Shown: positions 1-10,911, counted from the stretch's first letter. The stretch is 64,000 nucleotides of DNA from Omnitrophica bacterium GWA2_41_15 (GCA_919901915.1 CAKKQB010000028.1:38499-102498); one strand, 5' to 3'. Notes: generated from the sequence alone by a model not told the origin. Translations and numbers: made by a program.

Positions 1-413
1 GCCGGATATAAAAATTCTTCCACTACCTTAGAGAGCCGATGTATTTCATCAATAAAAAGAATATCCCCTTTTTCTAAATTCGTTAATATGCCGATAAGGT
101 CCCCAGCGCGCTCAATTGCCGGGCCAGAAGTAGCAGTAATCTTTGAACCCATTTCATGAGCAACGATATGCGCGAGCGAAGTTTTACCTAATCCGGGCGG
201 ACCGCTTAAAAGCAGATGATCAAGAGGCTCTTTTCTTTGTTTTGCCGCCTGCGCTGAAATCTTTAAATTATCCACTATCTCCTTATGGCCTATAAACTCG
301 ATAAGTTTTTTCGGCCTTAAAGAAATATTTAAAACTACATCTTCTTCAGATTCTTTAACGTCAGCCACAATATGACTGCTCTTTAAAAGTGCCTGCCTCG
401 TATCTTCTTTCAT
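1..413 (-). CDS. ruvB: Holliday junction helicase RuvB, N-terminal part; gene continues beyond the window start
   Basis: Reverse-complement translation gives [10 protein letters not shown]...[22 protein letters not shown]...LFIDEIHRL, i.e. Walker A plus the RuvB N-domain. The ATG lies at 411-413. Confidence 0.8.
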   Translation of the reverse strand, partial: MKEDTRQALLKSSHIVADVKESEEDVVLNISLRPKKLIEFIGHKEIVDNLKISAQAAKQRKEPLDHLLLSGPPGLGKTSLAHIVAHEMGSKITATSGPAIERAGDLIGILTNLEKGDILFIDEIHRLSKVVEEFLYP

Positions 414-472
414 AATACTATTTTTGTGTCGTTCCAAGTCCACTGTCAAGGTCTGACCCCATCTTCTAAAAT

Positions 473-661
473 GTCATTCCCGCGAAAGCGGGAATCCAGA
501 ACAAGAATCTGGGAAAAAGGTGACTGTCACGCCTTTTATGACTGTCACCTTTTTTTCGCCCCGAATTATCATTCGAATTACCATTAAGGCAGACACATAG
601 GTCTGCCCCTACGGTTTCCCCGGAATTCTCCAGTAGAGACGAGGCACTGCCTCGTCTCTAC
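473..661. repeat. Cluster of four distinct palindromic elements downstream of SBBP paralog A
   Basis: gtcattcccgcgaaagcgggaatcc at 473-497; ggtgactgtcacgcc..gactgtcacc at 512-556; ggcagacacataggtctgcc at 588-607; gtagagacgaggcactgcctcgtctctac at 633-661. Further copies occur at 3147-3197, 2285-2316 and 41646-41685. Confidence 0.8.
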
Positions 662-675
662 ACGACAGGGGCAAA

Positions 676-3123
676 CTAACTATTACAACCGAAAAAAATG
701 GCTTTATTATCAGTCGGTTCAACCTCTATTTTTGCGACAAAACCCCCATAATAGCTAATAGACCTAGAGACACTCCCACTCCAAGAGGAAAAAAGTTTCC
801 AATTACTTTTACTATTATTATCGCTACTGGTGAAACGGCTATTAGACACACCCCCAACATAGACATTATTACTATATACGGCCAGAGCAGTAACTTGATC
901 ATAGCCCGTATCACCTAACCATCGGAGCCATTTAATTGTAGGCATGGGGCTAGAAGATGTAGCGTCATCAATAATTTTCATAACGAATCCTTCATCAGTT
1001 ATGCCGCTATTAGTACCATTAAACTTTGTATTTCCACACCCCTCTTTACCGGTATTAAAATTAAGATAATTTTTAGACACCCCCCCAACATAGATATTTT
1101 TACCTTTCACAGATAAAGCGTTAACCCGGTCATCCCCATCTCCGCCTAACCACAACATCCAGCTTAAAGTAGGTTTGCCAACAGAATCCTCAATGATTTT
1201 CGCGACGAATCCTTCATCTTTTCTAGTAGGGCAAACCATACAAAAAAACCCCCCCCCAACATAGATATTTTTACCGCTCACAACCAAAGCAGTAACTTGA
1301 TCATAAGAACCTGTCCCATAGACACCTGTTTTGGCTAACCATTGACCCCACTTTAAAACAGGATTACCAGTCTCATCAGAAATTTTTATAACAAATCCAT
1401 CGCTATGGTCTTCTCTCTTCTTATCATCAAGTCCGGGTATTCCCCAGCCAACTGTACTAACAGACCGCCCCCCAACATAGATATCGCTACCATTCACAGC
1501 CAGAGCAAAAACTCGATCCTCACTATTTCCGCCTAACCATTGACCCCACTTTAAAACAGGCTTACCAGTCTCATCAGAAATTTTTATAACGAATCCATTA
1601 GGAAAAATACTCCACCCATCAGAGAGCCCGGTTATCGTCGACCAGCCAGTGCTTGACCCACAACCCCCCGCAACGTAGATATTAGTACCGCTCACAGCCA
1701 AAGCAGTAACTCGATCCTGCCCCATATCTCCTAACCATTGTCCCCACGCTATATCACCCTTAGTAGATTTATCAACAATCTTTATAACGAATCTCCTTAT
1801 ACCTGTACAACTGATATCTTTCCAATTATTGGCAATGGGCGTTGTTGACCAATTAGTTGTAGCCTTGGATTCCCCCCCAGCATAGATACTACTACCGTTC
1901 ACAACCAAATTAGTAACTCGATCAAAACTCGTTGCTCCGCCGTCTAAAAATTTACTCCACTTTCTACAAGCTTTACTAGTAGAAGAATCATAGCCGATTT
2001 TCATAACGAATCCGTTCGTACCTGTGTTACGGGCATCGGTAGTGGATGTCACAAAATTACTATTAGAATACGCCCCCCCAACGTAAATATTACTACCATT
2101 CACAGCCAGAGCAAAAACTCGATCCTCCTTATCGCTTATATCTAACCAAAAACCCCAAGCTAATGAAACAACGCTTGGATCAATAAGCAAAGGGTAATTG
2201 GAAAGAGGTTCTTTGATAGAGATAACTAAAGTATCTTGACCAATAATAGTGTAAGAAGCAGTTTTCTTACAACGATCACGTTTTGCAGTAGAGACGAGGC
2301 ATTGCCTCGTCTCTGCATTTGTCCAATAAACAAGAGGTTCTAAAGTAGCAAGAAGTTTTTCATCGCCAAAGCTTACATCACGTTTTAAGGCTTTACGCAC
2401 AGCATCCATTACGCAAGCGCGTTTTTTAGGGTCGGAATTATCTATGCCGGAAATCTTCATCGTTCTATAAATATTAACACTGCCGTTAGACTGTTGCTTA
2501 AGGGTTATGCTCGCGCCGGCATCAGCGGAGAACTTCCAGGTGTATTGGCTTAAATTATCAGGATGGTTAAAAGCCGTAGCTTGAATCCACTCTTTTAATC
2601 CTGCGCCGGAAGAAGATTGGGAAGCAAAATAAATAATAGTATCGGTTGACCGTTGATAAACCTGCGCATGGCCAAACGATTTAGACCTTGCCGTAAACTG
2701 TTTAAAAAGAACAGAACCCTTATCTAACTCCATAGTGAACGAAACAGTATCTTGTCCGTTTTCTATCTGAAAACGTTTTTTGACGGTATCTGATTTAGCG
2801 TCAAAAATAACGCGCATTTTTGCTTGACCCTGACGGTTGCCAAAGCCTTCGTCATTCCGGCGCAAGCCGGAATCCAGTCTGGGCTCTTGCATAGTAAATG
2901 TTACGGCATCAGGGCTAGTTTGAAATTGCGGTTTGCCAACAGATGGCTCTGGCGCGAGTTTAGATATTTGTTTAAGTATTCCTGCAACCATAGACAACTC
3001 TTGAGCTGTCGGACCGGGGATAGCCGCAAAAGTATTACTGCCTAAAAACCCCTCAAAAGGAAACAGGGTAAATGCCCATAAAACAACTAAACTAATTATT
3101 GATCTATATTTTCGCATTATCAT
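676..3123 (-). CDS. Secreted SBBP-type beta-propeller repeat protein, paralog A
   Basis: N-terminal signal peptide. At least 8 repeats of the form W(G/L)QWLG..DRV.ALAVNGSNIYVGG...GFV(M/I)KI. The N-terminal ~270 aa are near-identical at DNA level to 30072..31733. Stop is TAG. Copies of repeat elements lie in frame at 2285-2316 and 2851-2877. Confidence 0.6.
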   Translation of the reverse strand: MIMRKYRSIISLVVLWAFTLFPFEGFLGSNTFAAIPGPTAQELSMVAGILKQISKLAPEPSVGKPQFQTSPDAVTFTMQEPRLDSGLRRNDEGFGNRQGQAKMRVIFDAKSDTVKKRFQIENGQDTVSFTMELDKGSVLFKQFTARSKSFGHAQVYQRSTDTIIYFASQSSSGAGLKEWIQATAFNHPDNLSQYTWKFSADAGASITLKQQSNGSVNIYRTMKISGIDNSDPKKRACVMDAVRKALKRDVSFGDEKLLATLEPLVYWTNAETRQCLVSTAKRDRCKKTASYTIIGQDTLVISIKEPLSNYPLLIDPSVVSLAWGFWLDISDKEDRVFALAVNGSNIYVGGAYSNSNFVTSTTDARNTGTNGFVMKIGYDSSTSKACRKWSKFLDGGATSFDRVTNLVVNGSSIYAGGESKATTNWSTTPIANNWKDISCTGIRRFVIKIVDKSTKGDIAWGQWLGDMGQDRVTALAVSGTNIYVAGGCGSSTGWSTITGLSDGWSIFPNGFVIKISDETGKPVLKWGQWLGGNSEDRVFALAVNGSDIYVGGRSVSTVGWGIPGLDDKKREDHSDGFVIKISDETGNPVLKWGQWLAKTGVYGTGSYDQVTALVVSGKNIYVGGGFFCMVCPTRKDEGFVAKIIEDSVGKPTLSWMLWLGGDGDDRVNALSVKGKNIYVGGVSKNYLNFNTGKEGCGNTKFNGTNSGITDEGFVMKIIDDATSSSPMPTIKWLRWLGDTGYDQVTALAVYSNNVYVGGVSNSRFTSSDNNSKSNWKLFSSWSGSVSRSISYYGGFVAKIEVEPTDNKAIFFGCNS

Positions 3124-3211
3124 ATTTTACACATCCGTTATTTTCAGGAATCTGGGGGAAAAGGTGACTGTCACGCTCTTTGTGACTGTCACCTTTCTTT
3201 CAAAACCGCAA

Positions 3212-3973
3212 CTACCCCATTGCCACGGGAACAATATTTTCTTTATTGCGTGAAATTTCTATCTCACCGAACAAATTAGGCTGCATAGCAACTACCTCTT
3301 TCATCCTAATCAGCTCCAATATCGCCAGAAAAGTCACAATTATTTCTATTTTATTTTTTGCCTTAATAAATAAATCGGAAAGTTTTACCGAGGGCTCTAC
3401 CAATAAAAAATGCAGGAGATAGTGAATCTTTTCCTCAACAGTAAACTCATCTTTTATTACTTCATAAAATACATCTTTGGGAACATTCTTTAATGCCGCG
3501 GTAAAGGCGCTTATTAAATCAAATATACTTGCCTCAAAATACACCTCTTTCTGCGTAACTAATTCTTTATCCAGGTCGATCTTGGGCCGTTTAAAAATCT
3601 CGCGTTGATTATCTTCCCTTTCTCTTAAGGTCTGCGCTATCTGTTTAAACTTTTCATATTCTAATAACCGCTCTAGTAGCTCAGCGCGGGGGTCTCCTTC
3701 TTCCTCCCCTATACTTTCTTTTTGCGCGGGAAGAAGCATTTTGGATTTAATCTGCATCAGCGTAGCCGCCATTACCAAAAATTCTCCGGCAATATTTGGG
3801 TCTAAAAGCTTCATTAAATCTAAATACTCGAGATACTGCTGAGTAACCTGGGCTATAGGTATATCATAAATATTAAGATGATCTTTTTTTACCAAATATA
3901 AAAGCAAATCCAGCGGGCCTTCGAAAAGTTCTAATTTTATTTTATAATTCATCTTTAATACACCGATACACAC
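3212..3973 (-). CDS. scpA: Segregation and condensation protein A (kleisin)
   Basis: FEGPLDLLLYLVKKDHLNIYDIPIAQVTQQYLEYL...MAATLMQIKSKMLLP matches ScpA. The true start is probably the internal MNYKIK at about 3952. Confidence 0.8.
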   Translation of the reverse strand: MCIGVLKMNYKIKLELFEGPLDLLLYLVKKDHLNIYDIPIAQVTQQYLEYLDLMKLLDPNIAGEFLVMAATLMQIKSKMLLPAQKESIGEEEGDPRAELLERLLEYEKFKQIAQTLREREDNQREIFKRPKIDLDKELVTQKEVYFEASIFDLISAFTAALKNVPKDVFYEVIKDEFTVEEKIHYLLHFLLVEPSVKLSDLFIKAKNKIEIIVTFLAILELIRMKEVVAMQPNLFGEIEISRNKENIVPVAMG

Positions 3974-4050
3974 AGATAAAAGAACGGATAGACACGGATA
4001 AATCCGTGAAAATCCGTAAAAAAAATCCGCGTGAATCCGTGTTAAAATTA

Positions 4051-5031
4051 TTACATCTTAATTAAACCTTTCACCTCATCCATCGTCTGAATGGCAATTG
4101 AGCGCGCTTTTTTCTCTCCATCCTCTAATATGCCCATAATCTCATCTTTATTTTTAAGCAATTCTTTTCTTTTATTCTGTACGGGCTCTAGAAAATTAAT
4201 CAGGCAATTTCCTAACTCTTTTTTACATTCGGCGCAGCCTATTTGGGCTTTTGGGCAGCCTTGCGCGACTTCCTTTTCTTTCTCAGGCGCGAATATCGCG
4301 TAGTAACTGCGCACATTGCACATCTCTGGATGCCCCGGGTCATTTCTCTTTATTCTTAAAGGATCGGTAAACATACCTTGCACCTTTTTGGTAATAATTT
4401 CCGGCTCTTCTGAAAGCGCGATATAGTTATTATAACTTTTACTCATCTTCCTGCCATCCAAGCCCAAGAGACGGTTTGATTTAGTCAAAAGCGCCTGAGG
4501 CGAGGGAAAAATATCTTTTTTATAGAGATTATTAAATTTTCTCGCGATCTCCCTAGTTAGCTCTAAATGCGGAAGCTGATCTTCGCCAACAGGAACTACC
4601 TCTGCTTTATAAAGCATGATATCTGCCGCCTGTAAAACCGGATAGCCCAAAAAACCATAAGTATGTAACTCACGGTTAGTTATTTCGCGCAATTGTTCTT
4701 TATAGGTCGGACATCTTTCGAGCAGGCCCAAAGGGGTAATTATAGAAAAAACTAAACTTAATTCTAAATGCTCTTTAATACGCGACTGAACAAAAATAAT
4801 TGATTTTTTAGGATCTATTCCGCAGGCAAGCCAATCAATTACATTATCAATAATATTTCCCTTTAAATTCCCGGGATTCTCATATTCCGACATAAACGCG
4901 TGCCAGTCTGCCGCCATAAACAAACACTCATATTCATCCTGTAATTTCCGCCAATTTTCTAACGCGCCAACTAAATGACCTAAATGCAACGGACCCGTAG
5001 GGCGCATACCGCTTAAAATACGTTTCTTCAT
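4051..5031 (-). CDS. trpS: Tryptophanyl-tRNA synthetase
   Basis: HIGH-like motif TGPLHLGHLVG and a KMSKS motif. Length of 326 aa is typical of class I TrpS. Confidence 0.9.
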   Translation of the reverse strand: MKKRILSGMRPTGPLHLGHLVGALENWRKLQDEYECLFMAADWHAFMSEYENPGNLKGNIIDNVIDWLACGIDPKKSIIFVQSRIKEHLELSLVFSIITPLGLLERCPTYKEQLREITNRELHTYGFLGYPVLQAADIMLYKAEVVPVGEDQLPHLELTREIARKFNNLYKKDIFPSPQALLTKSNRLLGLDGRKMSKSYNNYIALSEEPEIITKKVQGMFTDPLRIKRNDPGHPEMCNVRSYYAIFAPEKEKEVAQGCPKAQIGCAECKKELGNCLINFLEPVQNKRKELLKNKDEIMGILEDGEKKARSIAIQTMDEVKGLIKM

Positions 5032-5098
5032 ATTTGTTAGCCAGTTGTTAACCGGTTTGCCAGTTTGCCGGTTAGCCGGTTAACCGGCAAATATATTT

Positions 5099-7462
5099 TT
5101 ATAATTTACGTGCTATTTTCTCAATCTCAAACGCCTCAATCACATCGCCTTCCAAAGTCTGATCAAATCCTGCCAGGCTTATTCCACATTCAAAATCAGC
5201 AAGGATTTCGCGCGCATCGTCTTTAAACCGCTTTAACGAAGAAAGCTTACCTTCAAAAACAACCTGCCCGTTCCTTACTAAATTAATCTGGCAATTCCGG
5301 GTAATCTTACCCTTAGTAACAAAGCAACCGGCAATTGTCCCCGCTTTTGATAATTTAAAAACCTTTCTTACTTCAGCGCTGCCTGAGAAAACCTTCTTTA
5401 TTTTAGGCTCCAACATTCCCTCTAACGCTGCTTTCAGCTCATTAACCAATTCGTAAATAATATTATAAATCTTTATCTCAATCCCCTCTTTAGCCGCCTG
5501 TTTTTTGGCTAAATCATCCGCGACAACATTAAATCCCATGATAAGAGCATTCGAAGCCACGGCTAATACCACATCAGAAGTATTTATATCACCCGCGCCA
5601 GCATGTATTATATTCAATTTGATTTCCGCGGTATCTATTTTACTAAAAGTTTCTTTTATCGCCTCGAGCGAACCCTGCACATCCGTCTTAATTATCAACT
5701 TTAATTCCTGAAGCTTTCCTTCCGCTATCTGAGCATGTAAATCCTCAAGATTAATCCTTTTTACCACCTGCATATGTTGCTGTTTTTCCTTTTCTAAACG
5801 CGTAACTGCTAATTCTTTTGCCTGATTCTCGTCCTCAATTACAAAAAATTGTTCACCTGCCTGTGGGATACCAGCTATGCCTAGAACCTCAACCGCGTAA
5901 GAAGGAGGCGCGGCAGTTATAGACAGGCCGCGATCATTAAGCATTGCCCTGATTTTACCATAAAATTTTCCTACGATAATATTCTCATTTAAACGCAGTG
6001 TGCCATTTTGCACGAGAAGAGTAGCAACAGGGCCTTTTGCCGGAGTAATCTTTGCTTCTATCACTACCCCGCAGGCGGGCCTTTTGGGATTACATCTTAA
6101 TTCTAACATCTGAGCTTCCAGAAGTATCATCTCAAGCAACGCATCTATCCCTTGGCCTGTCTTTGCTGATACCGGAACAATTATAGTTTTACCACCCCAA
6201 TCTTCAGCAGTAAGATCCATCCCCGCAAGCTGTTTTTTTACCCGGTCAATATCTGCCCCTTGTTTATCAACCTTATTCATAGCTACAATTATAGGCACGC
6301 CTGCCGCGCGGGCATGGTCAACTGCCTCCTGAGTCTGAGGCATTACACCATCATCCGCGGCCACCACCAAAACTACTATATCAGTAACACCTGCTCCGCG
6401 GCTACGCATAGCAGTAAAAGCTTCATGGCCAGGCGTATCCAGAAAAGTAACTTCACCGTGTTCTAAAATAACATGGTAAGCGCCAATATGCTGCGTGATA
6501 CCACCGTGCTCGGTATCCACAACCTTGCTCTTTCTTATAATGTCTAACAAAGAAGTCTTACCGTGATCGACATGCCCCATAAAAGTCACTACTGGAAATT
6601 TATGCCGCAAATCATCAGTTGAATCTTTTATTTCATGCGCGCGCAAAACTAACTCTTCTTTATTAAGGGCCTTCTTTATTTTATATCCGTATTTCTGACA
6701 AATTTTAACCACCACAGCTTCATCCAAAACCTGATTTATGTTTGCCATAACACCCATATTCATAAGGCTCTTCATAAAACCCGATAACTTCTCCTGCAAT
6801 TTTACAGCCAAATTTTTAACAATTACAGGAAACTCTAACTCAAGTTCTTTTAATTCAACCACAGGAGCCTCGACCTTAGCTTCGACCTTGACCTCAGGCT
6901 TTATCTCAACCTTAGCCTCAACCTTAGCCTCAACCTTTACTTCCTCAACCTTAGCCTCAGGTTTTATCTCAACCTTAGCCTCAACCTTAACCTCAGGCTT
7001 AGCCTCGACCTTAGCCTCAGTCTTTACTTCCTTAACCTCAGGCTTAGCCTCGACATTAGCCTCAACCTTAGTCTCAACCTCAGCCTTTACTTCCTTAGCC
7101 TCAACCTTAGTCTCAACCTCAGCCTTTACTTCCTTAGCCTCAACCTTAGTCTCAACCCTAACCTCCGTCTCAGCCTTAACCTTAGCCTCAGCCTTAGCTA
7201 CCTCAACCTTAGCCTTAGCCTTTATTTCCTTAGCCCTTATTTCCTTAGCCTCAACCTTTACTTCCTTAATCTCAGCCTTAATCTCAGCCTTTTTAACCGG
7301 TTTAGAAACAACTATCTTCTTAATTTTAGCCGCGGCATCAGCTTTAGGTTTGATTATTTTCTTAACAATCTTCTTAATCAAATTTATCTTCGGCGTTATT
7401 TTTTTAATCTTGCCCTTTTCTTCTTCCTTAGGAACTGTTTTTTCTTTCTTAATTTTTAGCAT
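5099..7462 (-). CDS. infB: Translation initiation factor IF-2 with an expanded KVEAK low-complexity N-terminus
   Basis: G-domain motifs [17 protein letters not shown] and NKVD, followed by the IF2 C-terminal domains. The N-terminal third is a K/E/V/A tandem repeat encoded by DNA tandem repeats at 6840-7300. Confidence 0.9.
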   Translation of the reverse strand: MLKIKKEKTVPKEEEKGKIKKITPKINLIKKIVKKIIKPKADAAAKIKKIVVSKPVKKAEIKAEIKEVKVEAKEIRAKEIKAKAKVEVAKAEAKVKAETEVRVETKVEAKEVKAEVETKVEAKEVKAEVETKVEANVEAKPEVKEVKTEAKVEAKPEVKVEAKVEIKPEAKVEEVKVEAKVEAKVEIKPEVKVEAKVEAPVVELKELELEFPVIVKNLAVKLQEKLSGFMKSLMNMGVMANINQVLDEAVVVKICQKYGYKIKKALNKEELVLRAHEIKDSTDDLRHKFPVVTFMGHVDHGKTSLLDIIRKSKVVDTEHGGITQHIGAYHVILEHGEVTFLDTPGHEAFTAMRSRGAGVTDIVVLVVAADDGVMPQTQEAVDHARAAGVPIIVAMNKVDKQGADIDRVKKQLAGMDLTAEDWGGKTIIVPVSAKTGQGIDALLEMILLEAQMLELRCNPKRPACGVVIEAKITPAKGPVATLLVQNGTLRLNENIIVGKFYGKIRAMLNDRGLSITAAPPSYAVEVLGIAGIPQAGEQFFVIEDENQAKELAVTRLEKEKQQHMQVVKRINLEDLHAQIAEGKLQELKLIIKTDVQGSLEAIKETFSKIDTAEIKLNIIHAGAGDINTSDVVLAVASNALIMGFNVVADDLAKKQAAKEGIEIKIYNIIYELVNELKAALEGMLEPKIKKVFSGSAEVRKVFKLSKAGTIAGCFVTKGKITRNCQINLVRNGQVVFEGKLSSLKRFKDDAREILADFECGISLAGFDQTLEGDVIEAFEIEKIARKL
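6840..7300. repeat. Coding tandem repeat ('ccttagcctcaacc'-like units) inside infB
   Basis: Direct reading shows iterated cttagcctcaacc / ctcagccttagc units. This repeat also produces the spurious plus-strand STLAST ORF at 6738..7499. Confidence 0.8.
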
Positions 7463-7526
7463 AGTTATCCTTTTCTTGGTTCCTTCATGTTTAAAGTAAT
7501 AAGCATAGATCTAATTTACGTAAGTA

Positions 7527-7616
7527 TCTGGGCGGGCAAGCCCGCCTCTACAGGTCGTTACATGACCCCTGTAAATCATCGTCGTCGCGTAGGGGCGGGC
7601 TTGCCCGCCCAGATAC
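7527..7616. repeat. GC-rich hairpin element 'gggcgggcaagcccgcc ... ggggcgggcttgcccgccc'
   Basis: Long imperfect palindrome. Paralogous copies lie at 20639-20718 and 39786-39860. It underlies the spurious ORF 7511..7702. Confidence 0.8.
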
Positions 7617-7747
7617 CATAGTCCCGACAGATTGTTGTTATAAACAAATTCTATCAATTTTTCTCTGACAATTGATGTTTTTTTATTTCCCCTTTCTCCC
7701 ATGCCTTTACACCAATTCTTCCACCCTTATTATGAAAGAACCATTTT

Positions 7748-8962
7748 TTAAACACCCAAACAAAGTTTCTTTGCTTCTTCTATCAACTTCTCCGCCTTCT
7801 TTTTCGCGATACCTTTGAGTTTTATTAAATCCTCTACTTTTGCTTCAGCAAGAGATTTCATCGAATTAAACCCTGCTTCCTTAAGGCTCGTAATAATCTT
7901 CTCCCCTGCTCCGGGTAGGTTTTCCAAAGCTGCTCCCTCTATTTCTTTAACTTCTTCTATTACTACTTCCTTTTCCAGCGCCTTCTCTTCTAATTTTGGC
8001 GCGACAGAACTTGCGGTTTCTTTTGTGCGAATATCCAACCCCCAGCCAATCAGTTTCGCGGCAAGCCTCACATTCTGCCCTTGCTTACCGATAGCAAGTG
8101 ACAACTGGTCTTGCGCCACAATAACCTCCGCCTTTAATTTTTCCTTATCTAATTTTATCTCGGAAACCTGCGCCGGAGAAAGCGCCGCCTTAATATACTC
8201 TTTGATATCATCACTAAAATATACAATATCAATTCTCTCTCCCTGCAATTCATTTACAATATTTCGGACACGGTTCCCGCGCATACCTACACAAGCGCCC
8301 ACTGGATCAACCTTTTCATTCTTTGATAAAACCGCGATTTTAGTGCGCTCCCCTGGCTGGCGCGTTATAGATTTTATCTCTACGATTCCTTCGTATATCT
8401 CGGGCACCTCCATTTCAAACAACTTTTTTACAAAATTAACGTGCGCGCGGGACAGAACAATCTGAGGCCCCTTAATTTCTTTTTTTACTTCCAAAATATA
8501 AGAACGTATGCGCTGGCCTTGCTTAAACTCTTCTTTAGGCGACTGTTCGTATTTAGACAGGACGCCTTCAGCCCTGCCTAAAAGATCAATAATAATATTC
8601 CCCTTTTCAAACCTATAAACCGTACCACTGACAATCTCGCCGGCCTTACTTTGAAACTCATTAAAAACAACATCCTTTTCTGCCTCTCTAATTTTCTGAA
8701 TTATTACCTGGCGCGCCGCGGAAGCCGCGATGCGGCCAAAGTCTAAAGAAGTAACTTCCTCTTTATTTCTAAAAACCCTGATCTTGCCGGTAACAGCTTC
8801 CAACTCCACTTTTAGCTCTTCATCGAATTTAATGCCAAGCGCTTTCCTGGCAGCGCTTAAGAGCGCGCTTTCTACCGCCTCAACAAGAATCTCTTTTTTT
8901 ATTCCTTTTTCTCTTTCCAACTGTTCAATTATAGCTAACAATTCCTGGCTCATTTTAAACAC
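7748..8962 (-). CDS. nusA: Transcription termination/antitermination factor NusA
   Basis: S1 and tandem KH domains (the GACVGMRGNRVRNIVNELQGERIDIV region) plus C-terminal acidic repeats. Conserved nusA-infB synteny. Confidence 0.9.
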   Translation of the reverse strand: MFKMSQELLAIIEQLEREKGIKKEILVEAVESALLSAARKALGIKFDEELKVELEAVTGKIRVFRNKEEVTSLDFGRIAASAARQVIIQKIREAEKDVVFNEFQSKAGEIVSGTVYRFEKGNIIIDLLGRAEGVLSKYEQSPKEEFKQGQRIRSYILEVKKEIKGPQIVLSRAHVNFVKKLFEMEVPEIYEGIVEIKSITRQPGERTKIAVLSKNEKVDPVGACVGMRGNRVRNIVNELQGERIDIVYFSDDIKEYIKAALSPAQVSEIKLDKEKLKAEVIVAQDQLSLAIGKQGQNVRLAAKLIGWGLDIRTKETASSVAPKLEEKALEKEVVIEEVKEIEGAALENLPGAGEKIITSLKEAGFNSMKSLAEAKVEDLIKLKGIAKKKAEKLIEEAKKLCLGV

Positions 8963-9096
8963 CCCTTACTTTAATGCAAAAATCAAGACGTCGAGCGTAT
9001 AGCGCAGAGCGTATAGTGGATAGTAAAATCTAACCTATCCGCTAAACGCTATCCGCTAAACGCTAAAACATTCTTCTTTTGCTATTTGATTCTTTA

Positions 9097-9555
9097 TTAA
9101 ATAACCTGTTTTGCATTTATAATCTTGGACAATGGTATTTGTAATTCTTCTTCCAAAACCCTGATACACACGGTATTATCTTCCACGCGCAAAATTTGGC
9201 CAACCCACTCCTGCTTGTCATTTACACATTCATGAAGAAAAACTCTTACTCTTTTGTTTACGCAACGCGAAAAATCATTTTTCGTTTTAAGCGGCCTATC
9301 CAGGCCAGGCGAAGATACTTCTAAAACACATCCTTCCCCTAAAATACCTTTTTCTTCTAAGATCCTACCGACATTACTATTAAGAAAAGCGCAATCATCT
9401 AAATTTATGCCGCCTTGCTGCCTATCTGCCAAAATCTTTAAAAACAGGCCTCTTCCTTCATATCTATAAATAAGGTCTACTAAATCAAACCCTTGATTTT
9501 TTAAATAATCTCCAATTAACCTCTCTAATTCATCAATATTTTCCCGCTTATCCAT
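9097..9555 (-). CDS. rimP: Ribosome maturation factor RimP
   Basis: 152 aa. A GLDRPL-like motif is present (SSPGLDRPLKT). Sits in the rimP-nusA-infB synteny. Confidence 0.75.
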   Translation of the reverse strand: MDKRENIDELERLIGDYLKNQGFDLVDLIYRYEGRGLFLKILADRQQGGINLDDCAFLNSNVGRILEEKGILGEGCVLEVSSPGLDRPLKTKNDFSRCVNKRVRVFLHECVNDKQEWVGQILRVEDNTVCIRVLEEELQIPLSKIINAKQVI

Positions 9556-9564
9556 TTTCTTGTG

Positions 9565-10911
9565 CTACCGTATTTCGTCGTTCGTCGTTCGCTTCACGAA
9601 CAACGCTTCACGCTTCGCAAGATACGGAATTATTTCTTCTCTCGGCTTAATAATCTTTTCGCCGCCGCGGCGCACCTTTAATTCTATGGTATTACTTTTC
9701 AAAAATTCCTTACCCACTATTAACTGTAAAGGAATTCCCAAAAGATCCGCGTCTTTAAATTTAACGCCTGCGCGCTCATCACGGTCATCTAACAAAACAT
9801 CAAACCCCTCGCGCTTAAGCTCATTATAAATTTCTACCGCGCTCCCAAAAATCTTTTTCTCCGTTACATCCAGAGGCAAAATAATAATTTTATAAGGAGC
9901 AATTTCATCCGGCCAGACAATACCAGCGGTATCATAATTTTGCTCAATTACCGCGGAAATCAACCGCGAAACGCCTATTCCGTAACAACCCATAATTATA
10001 GGTTTAAGCTTTCCGTCAGCATCAAGAAAATTTCCTCCCAACATCGTTGTATATTTAGTTCCCAGCTTAAAAATATGCCCTACTTCAATAGTATTAAGCT
10101 CTTGCGTCTTAGTGCCGCATTTGGCGCAATTATCATCTTGGCTTTGGCTATTGGAAGCCAAACCACTACCTGCTGGTTTGTGGTCATCTTCAAGCTCCGG
10201 TAAAGGCAAAGTGTTTGTCTTTACTGCTTCACATTTAGGGCATACCCTAACTACATCCTCTCCGTCTTGAGCCGGAACCATAAACTCATGTGAAATATTC
10301 CCGCCCATCACGCCAGAATCAGCTTCTGTAACAAGAAAATTAAGGCCGCATCTTTTAAATATCTTCTGATAAGCGCTATGCATTGCCTGATAATTTTTAT
10401 CTAATCCATCTTCATCTTTATCAAAACTATACGCATCCTTCATAATAAATTCGCACGCCCTAATCAAGCCAAACCGCGGACGAAGCTCATCGCGAAATTT
10501 TGTCTGGAGCTGATATAAAATTAAAGGCAGCTGCCTGTAACTAGACACGCAGTTTTTTACTAAATCCGTGATAACCTCTTCGTGGGTCGGGCCTAAACAA
10601 AGTTTCCTACCCTTTCTGTCAATAAATTTTAGCATTACATCATTTAAAGTTTTATCGCGGCCTGACCTCTGCCATAATTCTAACGGCTGCAATGCCGGCA
10701 GTAATAATTCGCTCGCGCCGCAAGATTCCATCTCCTGCCGGATTATCTTTTGAATATTATTCAATACCCTATAGCCTAAAGGTAAATAAGAATAAGCGCC
10801 AGCGATAAGCATGCGCGTAAGCCCAGAGCGCAAAAGCAATTTATGGCTTATAGATTCAGCTTCCTGCGGATTCTCTTTTAAAGTTGGTATAAAAGTTTTT
10901 GACCAATACAT
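9565..10911 (-). CDS. proS: Prolyl-tRNA synthetase (class II, archaeal/eukaryote-like type)
   Basis: Class II motifs and a zinc-binding C-terminal region; 448 aa. The last ~12 codons (KRTTNDEIR) are encoded by a heptamer hairpin repeat at 9570-9625. Confidence 0.85.
   Translation of the reverse strand: MYWSKTFIPTLKENPQEAESISHKLLLRSGLTRMLIAGAYSYLPLGYRVLNNIQKIIRQEMESCGASELLLPALQPLELWQRSGRDKTLNDVMLKFIDRKGRKLCLGPTHEEVITDLVKNCVSSYRQLPLILYQLQTKFRDELRPRFGLIRACEFIMKDAYSFDKDEDGLDKNYQAMHSAYQKIFKRCGLNFLVTEADSGVMGGNISHEFMVPAQDGEDVVRVCPKCEAVKTNTLPLPELEDDHKPAGSGLASNSQSQDDNCAKCGTKTQELNTIEVGHIFKLGTKYTTMLGGNFLDADGKLKPIIMGCYGIGVSRLISAVIEQNYDTAGIVWPDEIAPYKIIILPLDVTEKKIFGSAVEIYNELKREGFDVLLDDRDERAGVKFKDADLLGIPLQLIVGKEFLKSNTIELKVRRGGEKIIKPREEIIPYLAKREALFVKRTTNDEIR

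Noticed and set aside
2824-3045. Plus-strand 73-aa ORF
   Set aside because: It is antisense to the SBBP gene and contains VIPAQAGIQ, the stereotyped translation of the gtcattccggcgcaagccggaatccag element.
6738-7499. Plus-strand 253-aa ORF rich in STLAS repeats
   Set aside because: It lies antisense to infB, entirely within the coding tandem repeat, and is a low-complexity artefact of the repeat.
7511-7702. Minus-strand 63-aa ORF
   Set aside because: It is entirely a translation of the GC-rich palindromic hairpin element at 7527-7616.
7815-8465. Plus-strand 216-aa ORF
   Set aside because: It is antisense to nusA, Ser-rich and low-complexity, with no independent support.
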